Shown: piece after piece, positions 11,293-20,012 of the stretch
Numbering within the stretch: position 1 is the stretch's first letter
How the letters are laid out: each line of letters starts with the position of its first letter
Translations under genes and position numbers: made by a program
Notes under the pieces: generated by a model
The model's database searches: none
What the model was told of the DNA's origin: nothing
What the model saw: the letters and a program-made list of their open reading frames with translations, nothing else
Source: Candidatus Rokuibacteriota bacterium
Lineage (GTDB): Bacteria; JAUVQV01; DATDCY01
Length of the DNA: 64,000 nt
Reading direction: 5' to 3'
Assembly (NCBI GenBank): GCA_031406795.1
Contig: JANOHV010000118.1
Coordinates: forward strand, 647 to 64,646

Positions 11293-11328
11293 CGTGCGCA
11301 CGCTCGTGCGCACGCTCGTGCGCACGGC
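11293..11328. repeat. 3 x 12-bp tandem repeat CGTGCGCACGCT, each containing palindrome GTGCGCAC
   Basis: Read directly: cgtgcgcacgct cgtgcgcacgct cgtgcgcacggc. It lies in the 207-bp gap between the USP stop (11358) and the hybrid-kinase start (11150). Confidence 0.9.
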
Positions 11329-11357
11329 AGATGGCTGAACTGCCGGCGGGGGACCGG

Positions 11358-12212
11358 CTACTCTTTGACGACCAGGACCGGACAGAGGGCGTAGCCGATC
11401 ACCTTCTCCGCGACGCTCCCCATGAGCAGGCGGCTCAGGCCGGTGCGGCCGTGAGAACCGGTGACGATCATCCCGACCTCCCGCTCGCGGGCGATCCGGG
11501 TTACCACCTCGTGGACGGGGCCTTCGAGCGTCACGACCGTGCAGGGGACGCCGGCGGCGTCGGCCTTCGCCTTGACGGCGGCGACGTAACCCTTCGCTTT
11601 CGCGAGGAGTTGATCGGCGACTTTCGGGGCATCGGCGTAAGCCTCGTCCGGCAGGTCGACTACCGACAGGGCGAACAACTCCCCGCCGTACGACGCCGCG
11701 ACGTTGATCGCATGGTCGGCACCCGCGTTGCTGGTGGACGACCCGTCGGTGGCGACCAGGATGCGCTTGAAGGAGAGCGCGGTGCCCTGGGGGACGACGA
11801 GGACATCGCGGTCGGTATGCCCGATGACGCGTGCCGTGACGCTGCCGATCAGCACCCGCTCGAGCCGGCGCAGGCCGCGGCGGCCCATCACGATCAGGTC
11901 GCAGCGCTCGTCGTCGGCCAGGTGCACGATCCGCTCCCAGGCCTCGCCCTCCTCGAGCACGGTCTTCAGCGGCAACCGCTCGGCTTCAGCGAGCGCCCGA
12001 GCCCCGGCCAGGATGATCTCGCCGGGTTTGCGCATTGCCTCCCGCACGTCGCCGATGCCCACCAGTTCGAGATCGCCGTCGATGCCCGGCACGACCGTGG
12101 CCGCGGTCAGCCAGCACTTCTCGTCGCGCGCCAGGGCGAAAGACTGGATCAGCGCGTTGCGCCCGGACTCCGAGCCGTCGAGCGAAACCAGGATCTTGCG
12201 ATACTTGCCCAT
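11358..12212 (-). CDS. Tandem universal stress protein (2 UspA domains)
   Basis: ORF trimmed to ATG 12212. Two units end in the USP signatures LIVMGRRGLRRLERVLIGSVTARVIGHTDRDVLVV and MIVTGSHGRTGLSRLLMGSVAEKVIGYALCPVLVV. Confidence 0.9.
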   Translation of the reverse strand: MGKYRKILVSLDGSESGRNALIQSFALARDEKCWLTAATVVPGIDGDLELVGIGDVREAMRKPGEIILAGARALAEAERLPLKTVLEEGEAWERIVHLADDERCDLIVMGRRGLRRLERVLIGSVTARVIGHTDRDVLVVPQGTALSFKRILVATDGSSTSNAGADHAINVAASYGGELFALSVVDLPDEAYADAPKVADQLLAKAKGYVAAVKAKADAAGVPCTVVTLEGPVHEVVTRIAREREVGMIVTGSHGRTGLSRLLMGSVAEKVIGYALCPVLVVKE

Positions 12213-12216
12213 GACG

Positions 12217-13308
12217 CTAGATTCTTTCCACTGCCAGCGCGCCGGCGCTCTCGCGCAGTCGCTCCTCGCGCTTGCCCTGCCACATCGCCTTGAGGACGAT
12301 GAAGGCACCGAGGCCGAGGGCGAACATCATGATCGCGAAACTCGTGTTCGAGAGCAGCTTGCTCGTCGCGGGGCTCATCTCGCCGATCAGGTGCAGCTGC
12401 GACATGTAGACCGGCAGCATCAGCGCGCGGCTGAAGAGCACCGTCACCATGATCACGCCCATCACGAGCTTGATCATGTAGGGGCGCACGTAGGTCGTGC
12501 CGATCGCGCCGAGCTGGATGCCGAAGAGCGAGCCGGCGAGGATGATCAGCGCCAGCCGGATGTCGACCATGCCGTGCAGCGCGTACTTGAACGAGCCGCC
12601 GACGCCCATCACGAAGGCGATCACCAGTTCGGTGGCCGAGGCCATCAGGCCGGGGGCGCCGAGCACATACATCATGGCGGGGACGCCGATGAAGCCGCCG
12701 ACCGCGATCGTCGCGGCGAGCATGCCGGTGGCGAATCCGAGGGGGATCGTGAAGAGCACCGAGATGCGCGCGTTGAGGGCCTTGAAGTAGACCATCGTGT
12801 ACGGGATGTTGACCGACTGCACCCAGCGGGCGATCTTCGTGAGCTTCTCCTCGTCGTTCGTGGTGCCCGCGCGGTAGCTCTTGATCGCGTCGCGCAGCAC
12901 GAAGCCGCCGACGATCGCCAGGATCACGACGAACGCGGTGCTGACGTAGAGGTTCGAGCCGGCGTCGCCGTAGGCCTTCTTGATGCCCTCCTGGATGCTG
13001 GCGCCGTAGAGCACGCCGGCCTCGGCGGAGATGCCGAGCACGACCCCGAGCTTGACGTCGACCTGGCCGTACTTGGCGCGTTTCGTCGCGCCGACGAGCG
13101 CCTTGGGGAACTTGTGGCACATGTTGCTCGCGACCGCCATCAGGCCCGGCACGCCGAGGCTCATCATCCCCGGGGTCAGCACGAAGGCGCCGCCAGAGCC
13201 GATGAAGCCGCTGACCAGCCCGCCGACGAAGCCCATCGCGAACAGGTAGAGCACGGTCCAGAGCGAGAGATCGATGAATTGGGAAACGACCGCGACGGCG
13301 TCGTGCAT
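12217..13308 (-). CDS. TauE/SafE (TSUP) family permease
   Basis: ORF 12217..13431 trimmed to ATG 13308. Multi-TM with duplicated glycine-rich motifs GFVGGLVSGFIGSGGAFVLTPGMM and AATIAVGGFIGVPAMMYVLG. Confidence 0.85.
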   Translation of the reverse strand: MHDAVAVVSQFIDLSLWTVLYLFAMGFVGGLVSGFIGSGGAFVLTPGMMSLGVPGLMAVASNMCHKFPKALVGATKRAKYGQVDVKLGVVLGISAEAGVLYGASIQEGIKKAYGDAGSNLYVSTAFVVILAIVGGFVLRDAIKSYRAGTTNDEEKLTKIARWVQSVNIPYTMVYFKALNARISVLFTIPLGFATGMLAATIAVGGFIGVPAMMYVLGAPGLMASATELVIAFVMGVGGSFKYALHGMVDIRLALIILAGSLFGIQLGAIGTTYVRPYMIKLVMGVIMVTVLFSRALMLPVYMSQLHLIGEMSPATSKLLSNTSFAIMMFALGLGAFIVLKAMWQGKREERLRESAGALAVERI

Positions 13309-13309
13309 G

Positions 13310-13555
13310 CTACTTGCCCCCCTTGCTTTTCGCGGCCTCGATGCCGAGGGCCGTCCAGAAGTTGCCGGTGAACGAGCCGTGCACGAACGAGAAGAGGAAC
13401 GCTGTCGCGATCGGCAGCAGCGCGTAGGCACCGCCCTTGCCGAAGTTCGAGTTCACCAGATCCTGCTTGAGAAAGAGCAGTGCGTACAGGCCGATCGAGA
13501 GCGCGCCCATGATGATCGCGCTGACGAGGGCTTTTTTCCTGGTTGTCGTGGCCAT
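13310..13555 (-). CDS. Small 2-TM membrane protein (TauE-associated)
   Basis: 81 aa, ATG preceded by AAGGAGA. Two hydrophobic helices. Its stop abuts the TauE start, which suggests translational coupling. Confidence 0.65.
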   Translation of the reverse strand: MATTTRKKALVSAIIMGALSIGLYALLFLKQDLVNSNFGKGGAYALLPIATAFLFSFVHGSFTGNFWTALGIEAAKSKGGK

Positions 13556-13577
13556 ACATTTCTCCTTGAGGTGCTGT

Positions 13578-14219
13578 CTAGCGGGAGGTTGAAATACGGT
13601 TAACGGGCAGGCTGCTCAAAATGGTCCAGGTGCAAGACGCGCAAACCTTGAGGAATGAGGCGCACTGGTGTGCGCCGCAGTGACGAAGGGTGAAGCGCGA
13701 CGCCGCAGATGGGCCATTTTCAGCGGCCTGCCGGTCGGAGACCACTACCAGCGGGCAGGTCAAACGCTTCCAGAGGTGCGAGAGCCGCCGCTCGTCGGCG
13801 GCGCCGCAGCCGCGGTCGAGTACCCCGGCGGATTCGACGACGACGAATGAGACCTCGGGGTGCGCCCGGGTGTAGCGGACGATCTGTTCCTTGATGCAGC
13901 CGGCGCTCGAGAAGGCCCGGAAGGGTATTCCCGCCTCGGCGAGGCTCGCGAGAAACGGGGCGAGGGCGCTGCGCAGTTCCTTCTCGGGGAGGGCGCGGTC
14001 CGCGACGCACAGGACGTCGAGGCCCGCGCCGATGCGCCGGCAGGTGTTCAGGGCGTAGGTCATCGTGCGGGCCTCTCCTTCGAGTCCCCGCAGGGCGAGC
14101 AGCACGCGGCGATGCTTCCGCATCAGGCTCTGCGCGCCGCTGCGGTCGCCCTGCTCGGCGAGCGCAGCGGCTTCGAGCGCCAGCTGCGCCCGCCCGATGA
14201 CCTGCATGACCTTGTTCAT
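13578..14219 (-). CDS. USP-like (adenine-nucleotide alpha-hydrolase fold) protein; the C-terminal ~50 aa are encoded by repeat R3
   Basis: 213 aa. The core runs VLLALRGLEG...VSFVVVESAGVLD...CPLVVVSDRQ (USP-like, no ATP glycine motif seen). The N-terminus carries LEAAALAEQGDRSGAQSL. The tail RHCGAHQCASFLKVCASCTWTIL is translated repeat sequence. Confidence 0.6.
   Translation of the reverse strand: MNKVMQVIGRAQLALEAAALAEQGDRSGAQSLMRKHRRVLLALRGLEGEARTMTYALNTCRRIGAGLDVLCVADRALPEKELRSALAPFLASLAEAGIPFRAFSSAGCIKEQIVRYTRAHPEVSFVVVESAGVLDRGCGAADERRLSHLWKRLTCPLVVVSDRQAAENGPSAASRFTLRHCGAHQCASFLKVCASCTWTILSSLPVNRISTSR
13601..13728 (-). repeat. Dispersed repeat R3, long form (copy a)
   Basis: The reverse complement starts GGCCGCTGAAAATGGCCCATCTGCGGCG and ends GCGTCTTGCACCTGGACCATTTTGAGCAGCCTGCCCGTTA. 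The same termini occur at 47858-47925 (short form), 54806-54958 and 59723-59776. Confidence 0.8.
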
Positions 14220-14254
14220 GGTGGATTCGTCCGGGGAAGCTCTTGCGGTTCCCG

Positions 14255-14422
14255 CTAATCGGCCCGCAGCGTCAGGCGCGGCTGCGGCCGCGGACTGGGG
14301 CGTTTGGCCGCACGCTCGCCCTCACGCTGCCCGGTGAGGAGTTCGCGTGCGGTACCGTGCTCGTTTTCTTCGGCGAACGCCGCGGCCATCATCACTCGTT
14401 CGAACTTCTCGGTGATCTTCAT
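14255..14422 (-). CDS. 55-aa AFAE-motif peptide (below the ORF-track size cut-off)
   Basis: My translation is MKITEKFERVMMAAAFAEENEHGTARELLTGQREGERAAKRPSPRPQPRLTLRAD. GAGGAGG SD lies 9 nt upstream of ATG 14422, and a sigma-54 promoter lies 40 nt upstream. The motif is shared with 857..1315 and 40281..40754. Confidence 0.6.
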   Translation of the reverse strand: MKITEKFERVMMAAAFAEENEHGTARELLTGQREGERAAKRPSPRPQPRLTLRAD

Positions 14423-14460
14423 GATTCATCGCCTCCTCGCGATTGGTTGCACCAGAGTTA

Positions 14461-14479
14461 TTTGCAGGGGGCGTGCCAG
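14461..14479 (-). promoter_or_regulatory. Sigma-54 (-24/-12) promoter
   Basis: The minus strand reads CTGGCACGCCCCCTGCAAA. GG and GC have the canonical 12-nt register (TGGCACG-N5-TGCA). It lies about 40 nt upstream of the small ORF start. Confidence 0.7.
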
Positions 14480-14626
14480 AGGCGCTGATGAAGAGTAAAG
14501 TCCATGCAATCAATGAGATACGATGACGCGCGGCGGTCCCTGGCGAGTCGGCACCGTTGCGCGACAGCGGGCGCGAGGAAGTTACCGGCGTGCAAGTCGT
14601 TGAATCAACAGTCATAACAGCGGGTG

Positions 14627-14655
14627 TTGCAAGAACGCTGTCGTCGTTGTATTTT
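14627..14655 (+). promoter_or_regulatory. Sigma-70-like promoter candidate for the Lon/HK/RR operon
   Basis: TTGCAA, 17 nt, TATTTT; it ends 30 nt upstream of GTG 14686. Confidence 0.35.
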
Positions 14656-14685
14656 GCAATAGTGGCTTTTCCGCGGAGGTGACAG

Positions 14686-16827
14686 GTGAAGTTCTTCAGG
14701 AAAGACGGGGCAGGCGACGAAGAGCAGGACCCGACTATTCCCGAACTGCGCCTGCGCCTGGCCGCTGCGCGGTTGCCGGTCGAGGTGGAGCAGCTCGCCG
14801 ATCGGGAGCTGGGGACGCTCTCCCGCATCAATCCGGCGGCGGCGGAATTCACGATCGGCTTGAGCTATCTCGAGTATCTCGCCTCGCTTCCCTGGCAGCG
14901 CAGCACGGAAGACAACCTCGATCTCGCGCGCGCCGAGCGCATTCTGGATGAGCACCACTTCGGCCTGCGGCACGTGAAAGAGCGGATTCTCGAGCACCTG
15001 GCAATCAAAGCGCTGCGCCATCGGCGCCAGCCGCGGGTGCTCGCGGTCGACGACGACGAGACGGCGCGCCGCAACCTCGTGCTCGCGCTGGCCCGCGAGG
15101 GCTGCGAGGTCGTCACCGCGGCGAGCGGTCGCGAAGCGCTCGAGCAGTTGGAGGCGCGCGAGTTCGACGTCGTGCTCACCGACCTGCATCTCGGGCAGAG
15201 CGACGGCATGGAGCTGCTCGAGCGCACCCGGGCCCGCTGGCCCGATACGCGCGTGGTCGTCATCACCGGCTACGCCTCGATCCCGTCGGCGGTCGAGGCG
15301 GTCAAGAAGGGCGCTTTCCAGTATCTGTCCAAGCCGTTCGCGATCGAGGAGCTGCGATCGACGGTGCGGCGCGCACTCGAGGGTCGCGCGCTGCTCAAGG
15401 GGACGAAGGGCTCGGTGCTCTGCTTCGCCGGCCCGCCCGGTACCGGCAAGACTTCGGTCGGGCGGGCGATCGCGCAGGCGCTCGGGCGCTCATTCTCCCG
15501 GATCAGCCTCGGGGGGATCCGCGACGAGGCGGAGATCCGCGGCCACCGGCGCACCTACGCCGGCGCCAAGCCGGGTCGGGTGATCGAGGAGATCCGCCGG
15601 GTCGGGTCCGCCAACCCGGTACTGATGCTCGACGAACTCGACAAGCTCGGCCGCGAGGTCAAAGGCGACCCGGCCGCTGCGCTGCTCGAGGTGCTCGACC
15701 CGGAGCAGAACCGCGGCTTCCTCGACCACTATCTCGACGTGCCTTTCGATCTCTCGGGGGTGCTCTTCATCGTCACGGTCAACCTGACGGACGCCGTGCC
15801 CGAGGCGCTGCTCGACCGGCTCGAGGTGATCGAGTTCCCCGGGTACACCGAGCAGGAGAAGGCGCAGATCGCCGCGCGTTTTCTCTGCCCGAAACAGCTG
15901 CGGGAGAAGGGCCTCGGGAGCGACCAGGTGAGCTTCACGCTGGAGGCGATCGGGGTGATCATCCGCGATTACACGCGGGAGGCGGGGATCCGCGGCCTCG
16001 AACGGCGCATCGCCACCATCTGCCGCAAGATCGCCCGCGAGAGTCTCGGCGACGGCGCCCGGACCGGAGTCACCGTGACTCCCGAACGGGTGCAGGGGTG
16101 GCTCGGGCGGCGGCCGGACCGGCGCGAAGTCATGGACGGGGAGGACCGCGTCGGGGTGGCCACGGGGCTGGTGCGCACCGAGAGCGGCGGGGAGATCATC
16201 TTTGTCGAGGCGGCGAGGATGCCCGGCACCAAGGAGCTGATCATCACCGGCTCGCTCGGCGAGGTGATGCGCGAATCCGTCCAGGCGGCGCTGAGCTACC
16301 TGCGCAGCAACGCGGCGGTCTTCGGCATCGCGTCGGATTTCTTCGAGCGCCACGACCTGCACATCCACATACCGCGCGGGGCGGTCCCGAAGGATGGGCC
16401 GTCGGCCGGGCTCACGGTGCTTGCCGCGCTCGCTTCGCTGCTCACGAGGCGCCCCGCGCGCCGCGACACGGCCGCGACCGGCGAGATCACCCTCACCGGG
16501 CGCCTTCTCGCGGTCGGCGGCGTGCGCGAGAAGGTGCTCGCCGCGCGCCGGGCCGGGCTGGCGGCGGTCGTGGTGCCGGCCGCAAACCTCGCGGAAATCG
16601 AGGAGCTCGACGAGGAGACGCGGCGCGGGATCGCCATCCATACGGCGGCTTCGGCGCCCGAGGCCCTGGAACTGATCCTCCGGGAACCTGCTGGGCGGAG
16701 GGGTGGCGCGGAGGGGAGGTCTCCATCGGCGGAACGAAGTGAGTGCCCGCTCGGGGGGCATAAACACGATGGAGGTCCGCAGCGTCAGGACCCCGCAGCC
16801 CGGACGGGACCGTCATGCCCAGCCTGA
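14686..16827 (+). CDS. Atypical LonA-like ATP-dependent protease: no LAN N-domain, REC receiver inserted before the AAA+ module; last ~45 aa encoded by repeat R1
   Basis: GTG 14686 with GGAGGT SD and an in-frame TGA at 14680-14682. Lon helical region AEFTIGLSYLEYLASLPW...HFGLRHVKERILEHLAI, then REC RVLAVDDDE / VVLTDLHL / VVITGY / LSKPF. Walker A then follows (GPPGTGKTS), with DELDKLG, the Lon_C motifs PKDGPSAGL and GGVREKVLAA. Confidence 0.85.
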   Translation: MKFFRKDGAGDEEQDPTIPELRLRLAAARLPVEVEQLADRELGTLSRINPAAAEFTIGLSYLEYLASLPWQRSTEDNLDLARAERILDEHHFGLRHVKERILEHLAIKALRHRRQPRVLAVDDDETARRNLVLALAREGCEVVTAASGREALEQLEAREFDVVLTDLHLGQSDGMELLERTRARWPDTRVVVITGYASIPSAVEAVKKGAFQYLSKPFAIEELRSTVRRALEGRALLKGTKGSVLCFAGPPGTGKTSVGRAIAQALGRSFSRISLGGIRDEAEIRGHRRTYAGAKPGRVIEEIRRVGSANPVLMLDELDKLGREVKGDPAAALLEVLDPEQNRGFLDHYLDVPFDLSGVLFIVTVNLTDAVPEALLDRLEVIEFPGYTEQEKAQIAARFLCPKQLREKGLGSDQVSFTLEAIGVIIRDYTREAGIRGLERRIATICRKIARESLGDGARTGVTVTPERVQGWLGRRPDRREVMDGEDRVGVATGLVRTESGGEIIFVEAARMPGTKELIITGSLGEVMRESVQAALSYLRSNAAVFGIASDFFERHDLHIHIPRGAVPKDGPSAGLTVLAALASLLTRRPARRDTAATGEITLTGRLLAVGGVREKVLAARRAGLAAVVVPAANLAEIEELDEETRRGIAIHTAASAPEALELILREPAGRRGGAEGRSPSAERSECPLGGHKHDGGPQRQDPAARTGPSCPA
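16695..16812 (+). repeat. 118-bp dispersed repeat R1, copy B (Lon/HK junction)
   Basis: Matches 5180..5297. It provides the Lon C-terminal residues RRGGAEGRSPSAERSECPLGGHKHDGGPQRQDPAARTGP and ends 2 nt before the HK ATG at 16815. Confidence 0.9.
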
Positions 16828-18269
16828 GACGCAAGGTCTCCTATGGCTACTACGCCGTCGTGGCGCTGCTGCTGGGCCTCTCCGTTTTCGTTGTCGTCGA
16901 GCTGCGGCTGCTCGAGCGTCGCATCGTCGCCGGCGAGGCGCTTGCGGAATTCTTCGACGCCACGCTCGAGATCAGGCGCTTCGAGAAGAACTACTTCCTC
17001 TACGCCCAGGGGGAGGACCTGAACGAGAGCATGCGCTACGCCGGCCGGGCGCGTGAGCTGCTGGATCGTCACGGCGCGGCGTTCGCCGCCTTCGTCCCCG
17101 GGCCGTTGCTGGCCACGCTGCGCGACCGACTCCCCCGCTACGAGTCGCTGATGCGCCGGTACGCGGCGGCGCCGGCGGCGGCGCCCGAGCGCAAGGACCT
17201 GGAGCAGGAGGTGCGCCGCGCCGGCAAGGAGATCGTCACGCACGCCGAGGAGATCTCCGGGAGCGAGCGGCGCAGCCTGCAGGGACTGCTCGCCCGTTAC
17301 CGGCGGGGGCTGGTCGGGGCGATCGTCCTGCTCTCGGCGCTGGCGATCGCCATCGGCCAGGTCCTGGTGCGCGAGGTCGGGCGACCGCTGCGCGCCCTGG
17401 AACAGGCGCTGAACAGCGTCGCCGAGGGGCGCTACGAGCCGGTGGCGATCGGCTCGCGCGACCGCGAGATCGTCTCGCTGACCAACGCGCTCAACCGGAT
17501 GCTGCGCGAGCGCGAGCTGCACGAGCGACACCTGATCCAGTCCGAGAAACTCGCCTCGCTCGGGACGCTGCTCTCGGGGGTGGCGCACGAGCTGAACAAC
17601 CCGCTCTCGAACATCTCGACGTCGGCGCAGATCCTCGCCGAGGAGATGGGCGCCGGCGGCGGGCTCGCCGGGGAGCTGGTCGGGCAGATCGGCGAGCAGA
17701 CCGACCGCGCCCGCAACATCGTGCGCTCCCTGCTGGAGTTCTCGCGCGACCGCGAGTTCCGCAAGGAGCCGCTGCCGCTGCGCCCGCTTGTCGAGGAGAC
17801 CGTGCGTTTTCTCAAGGGGCAGATCCCGCCCGGGGTGACGGTCGAGGTGGCGGTGCCGCCCGAGGTTACGCTTCCCGGCGATCGCCAGCGCCTGCAGCAG
17901 GTCTTCCTCAACCTCGTCAAGAACGCCGTCGAGGCGGTGCCGCCGGGCGCGGGTCGCGTCGTCGTCAGCGCCCGGCGGGTGCGGCCCGGCCCGGCGCCGG
18001 AAACCGACGCGGCGCTCGTCGTGCACGCGAACGGCGGGTTGCCGGGGGGCGATGTCATCGAGATCGAGGTGCGCGACAACGGCCCGGGCATCCCGCCGGA
18101 GATCCGCAAGAAGATCTTCGACCCTTTCTTCACCACCAAGGACGTCGGCAAGGGCTCGGGGCTCGGGCTGTTCGTCGTCTACGAGATCATCGACGAGCAC
18201 GACGGCGGCATCGCCGTGGGGGAGGCCCCGGGCGGCGGGACCCTCTTCACGATCCGGCTGCCCGCGTGA
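16815..18269 (+). CDS. Two-TM periplasmic-sensing HAMP histidine kinase
   Basis: 484 aa. TM, ~150-aa helical periplasmic domain with IRRFEKNYFLY, TM, HAMP, H-box [12 protein letters not shown]-box LNLVKNAVEA, G1 DNGPGI, G2 GKGSGLGL. Confidence 0.9.
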   Translation: MPSLRRKVSYGYYAVVALLLGLSVFVVVELRLLERRIVAGEALAEFFDATLEIRRFEKNYFLYAQGEDLNESMRYAGRARELLDRHGAAFAAFVPGPLLATLRDRLPRYESLMRRYAAAPAAAPERKDLEQEVRRAGKEIVTHAEEISGSERRSLQGLLARYRRGLVGAIVLLSALAIAIGQVLVREVGRPLRALEQALNSVAEGRYEPVAIGSRDREIVSLTNALNRMLRERELHERHLIQSEKLASLGTLLSGVAHELNNPLSNISTSAQILAEEMGAGGGLAGELVGQIGEQTDRARNIVRSLLEFSRDREFRKEPLPLRPLVEETVRFLKGQIPPGVTVEVAVPPEVTLPGDRQRLQQVFLNLVKNAVEAVPPGAGRVVVSARRVRPGPAPETDAALVVHANGGLPGGDVIEIEVRDNGPGIPPEIRKKIFDPFFTTKDVGKGSGLGLFVVYEIIDEHDGGIAVGEAPGGGTLFTIRLPA

Positions 18270-18283
18270 GGGAGAGTGAGAGG

Positions 18284-19645
<1,362 letters not shown>

Positions 19646-19746
19646 TCGAACGCAGTCTGCCCTTCGCGCTGAATCTGGCGCGACGCCGCAATCCGCCCCG
19701 CTGCCAAAGACCAGCGATCCCGCCGGCCACATGGCACCCGCCCGGG

Positions 19747-19780
19747 TGCAGAAGCTGCACTTTCGGATGCAGACGCTGCA
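19747..19780. promoter_or_regulatory. Tandem palindromic UAS candidates TGCAG-N3-CTGCA x2
   Basis: TGCAGAAGCTGCA (19747-19759) and TGCAGACGCTGCA (19768-19780), centres 21 bp apart, about 190-215 bp upstream of the sigma-54 promoter at 19960. Confidence 0.5.
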
Positions 19781-19959
19781 TCTTCTTCCCCGAAGCGTCG
19801 AGGGAGGCTGGTTGAAACGGCCTCGTTGACAGCAGAAATGTCGCGCTCGCCGGATTGCACTCAGCGAACGAAAATGCCGGTATTTCCGGGTGTTCTTCGC
19901 TCGGTGATCCCCGGCCCGCCGGCCGTTGCGGCAGTCCCGGGCCTCCTCGGGGCACTGGC

Positions 19960-19975
19960 CGGCACGGAAGATGCA
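19960..19975 (+). promoter_or_regulatory. Sigma-54 (-24/-12) promoter
   Basis: CGGCACGGAAGATGCA: GGCACG-N4-ATGCA with the canonical GG/GC register. It lies 38 nt upstream of ATG 20013 and immediately downstream of the bEBP gene. Confidence 0.65.
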
Positions 19976-20012
19976 AATGCGATGGGCACAACAACCCCAC
20001 AAGGAGGGGATC

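Noticed and set aside
11293-11328. The tandem 12-mers, and other repeats in the window, as a CRISPR array.
   Set aside because: The units are contiguous with no spacers, only 3 copies of 12 bp are present, and there are no cas genes.
14558-14570. TCGGCACCGTTGC as a plus-strand sigma-54 promoter for the Lon operon.
   Set aside because: The spacing between GG and GC is 3 nt too short.
16696-16827. The Lon C-terminal 43 residues (RRGGAEGRSP...TGPSCPA) as a genuine functional domain.
   Set aside because: The segment is the translation of dispersed repeat R1, and the same peptide appears in the spurious ORF 5130..5384. It is more likely an insertion-derived tail than a conserved domain.
19732-19750. 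TGGCACCCGCCCGGGTGCA as a sigma-54 promoter.
   Set aside because: The GC element is 3 nt out of the obligatory GG-N10-GC register. The properly spaced site at 19960-19975 is a better candidate.
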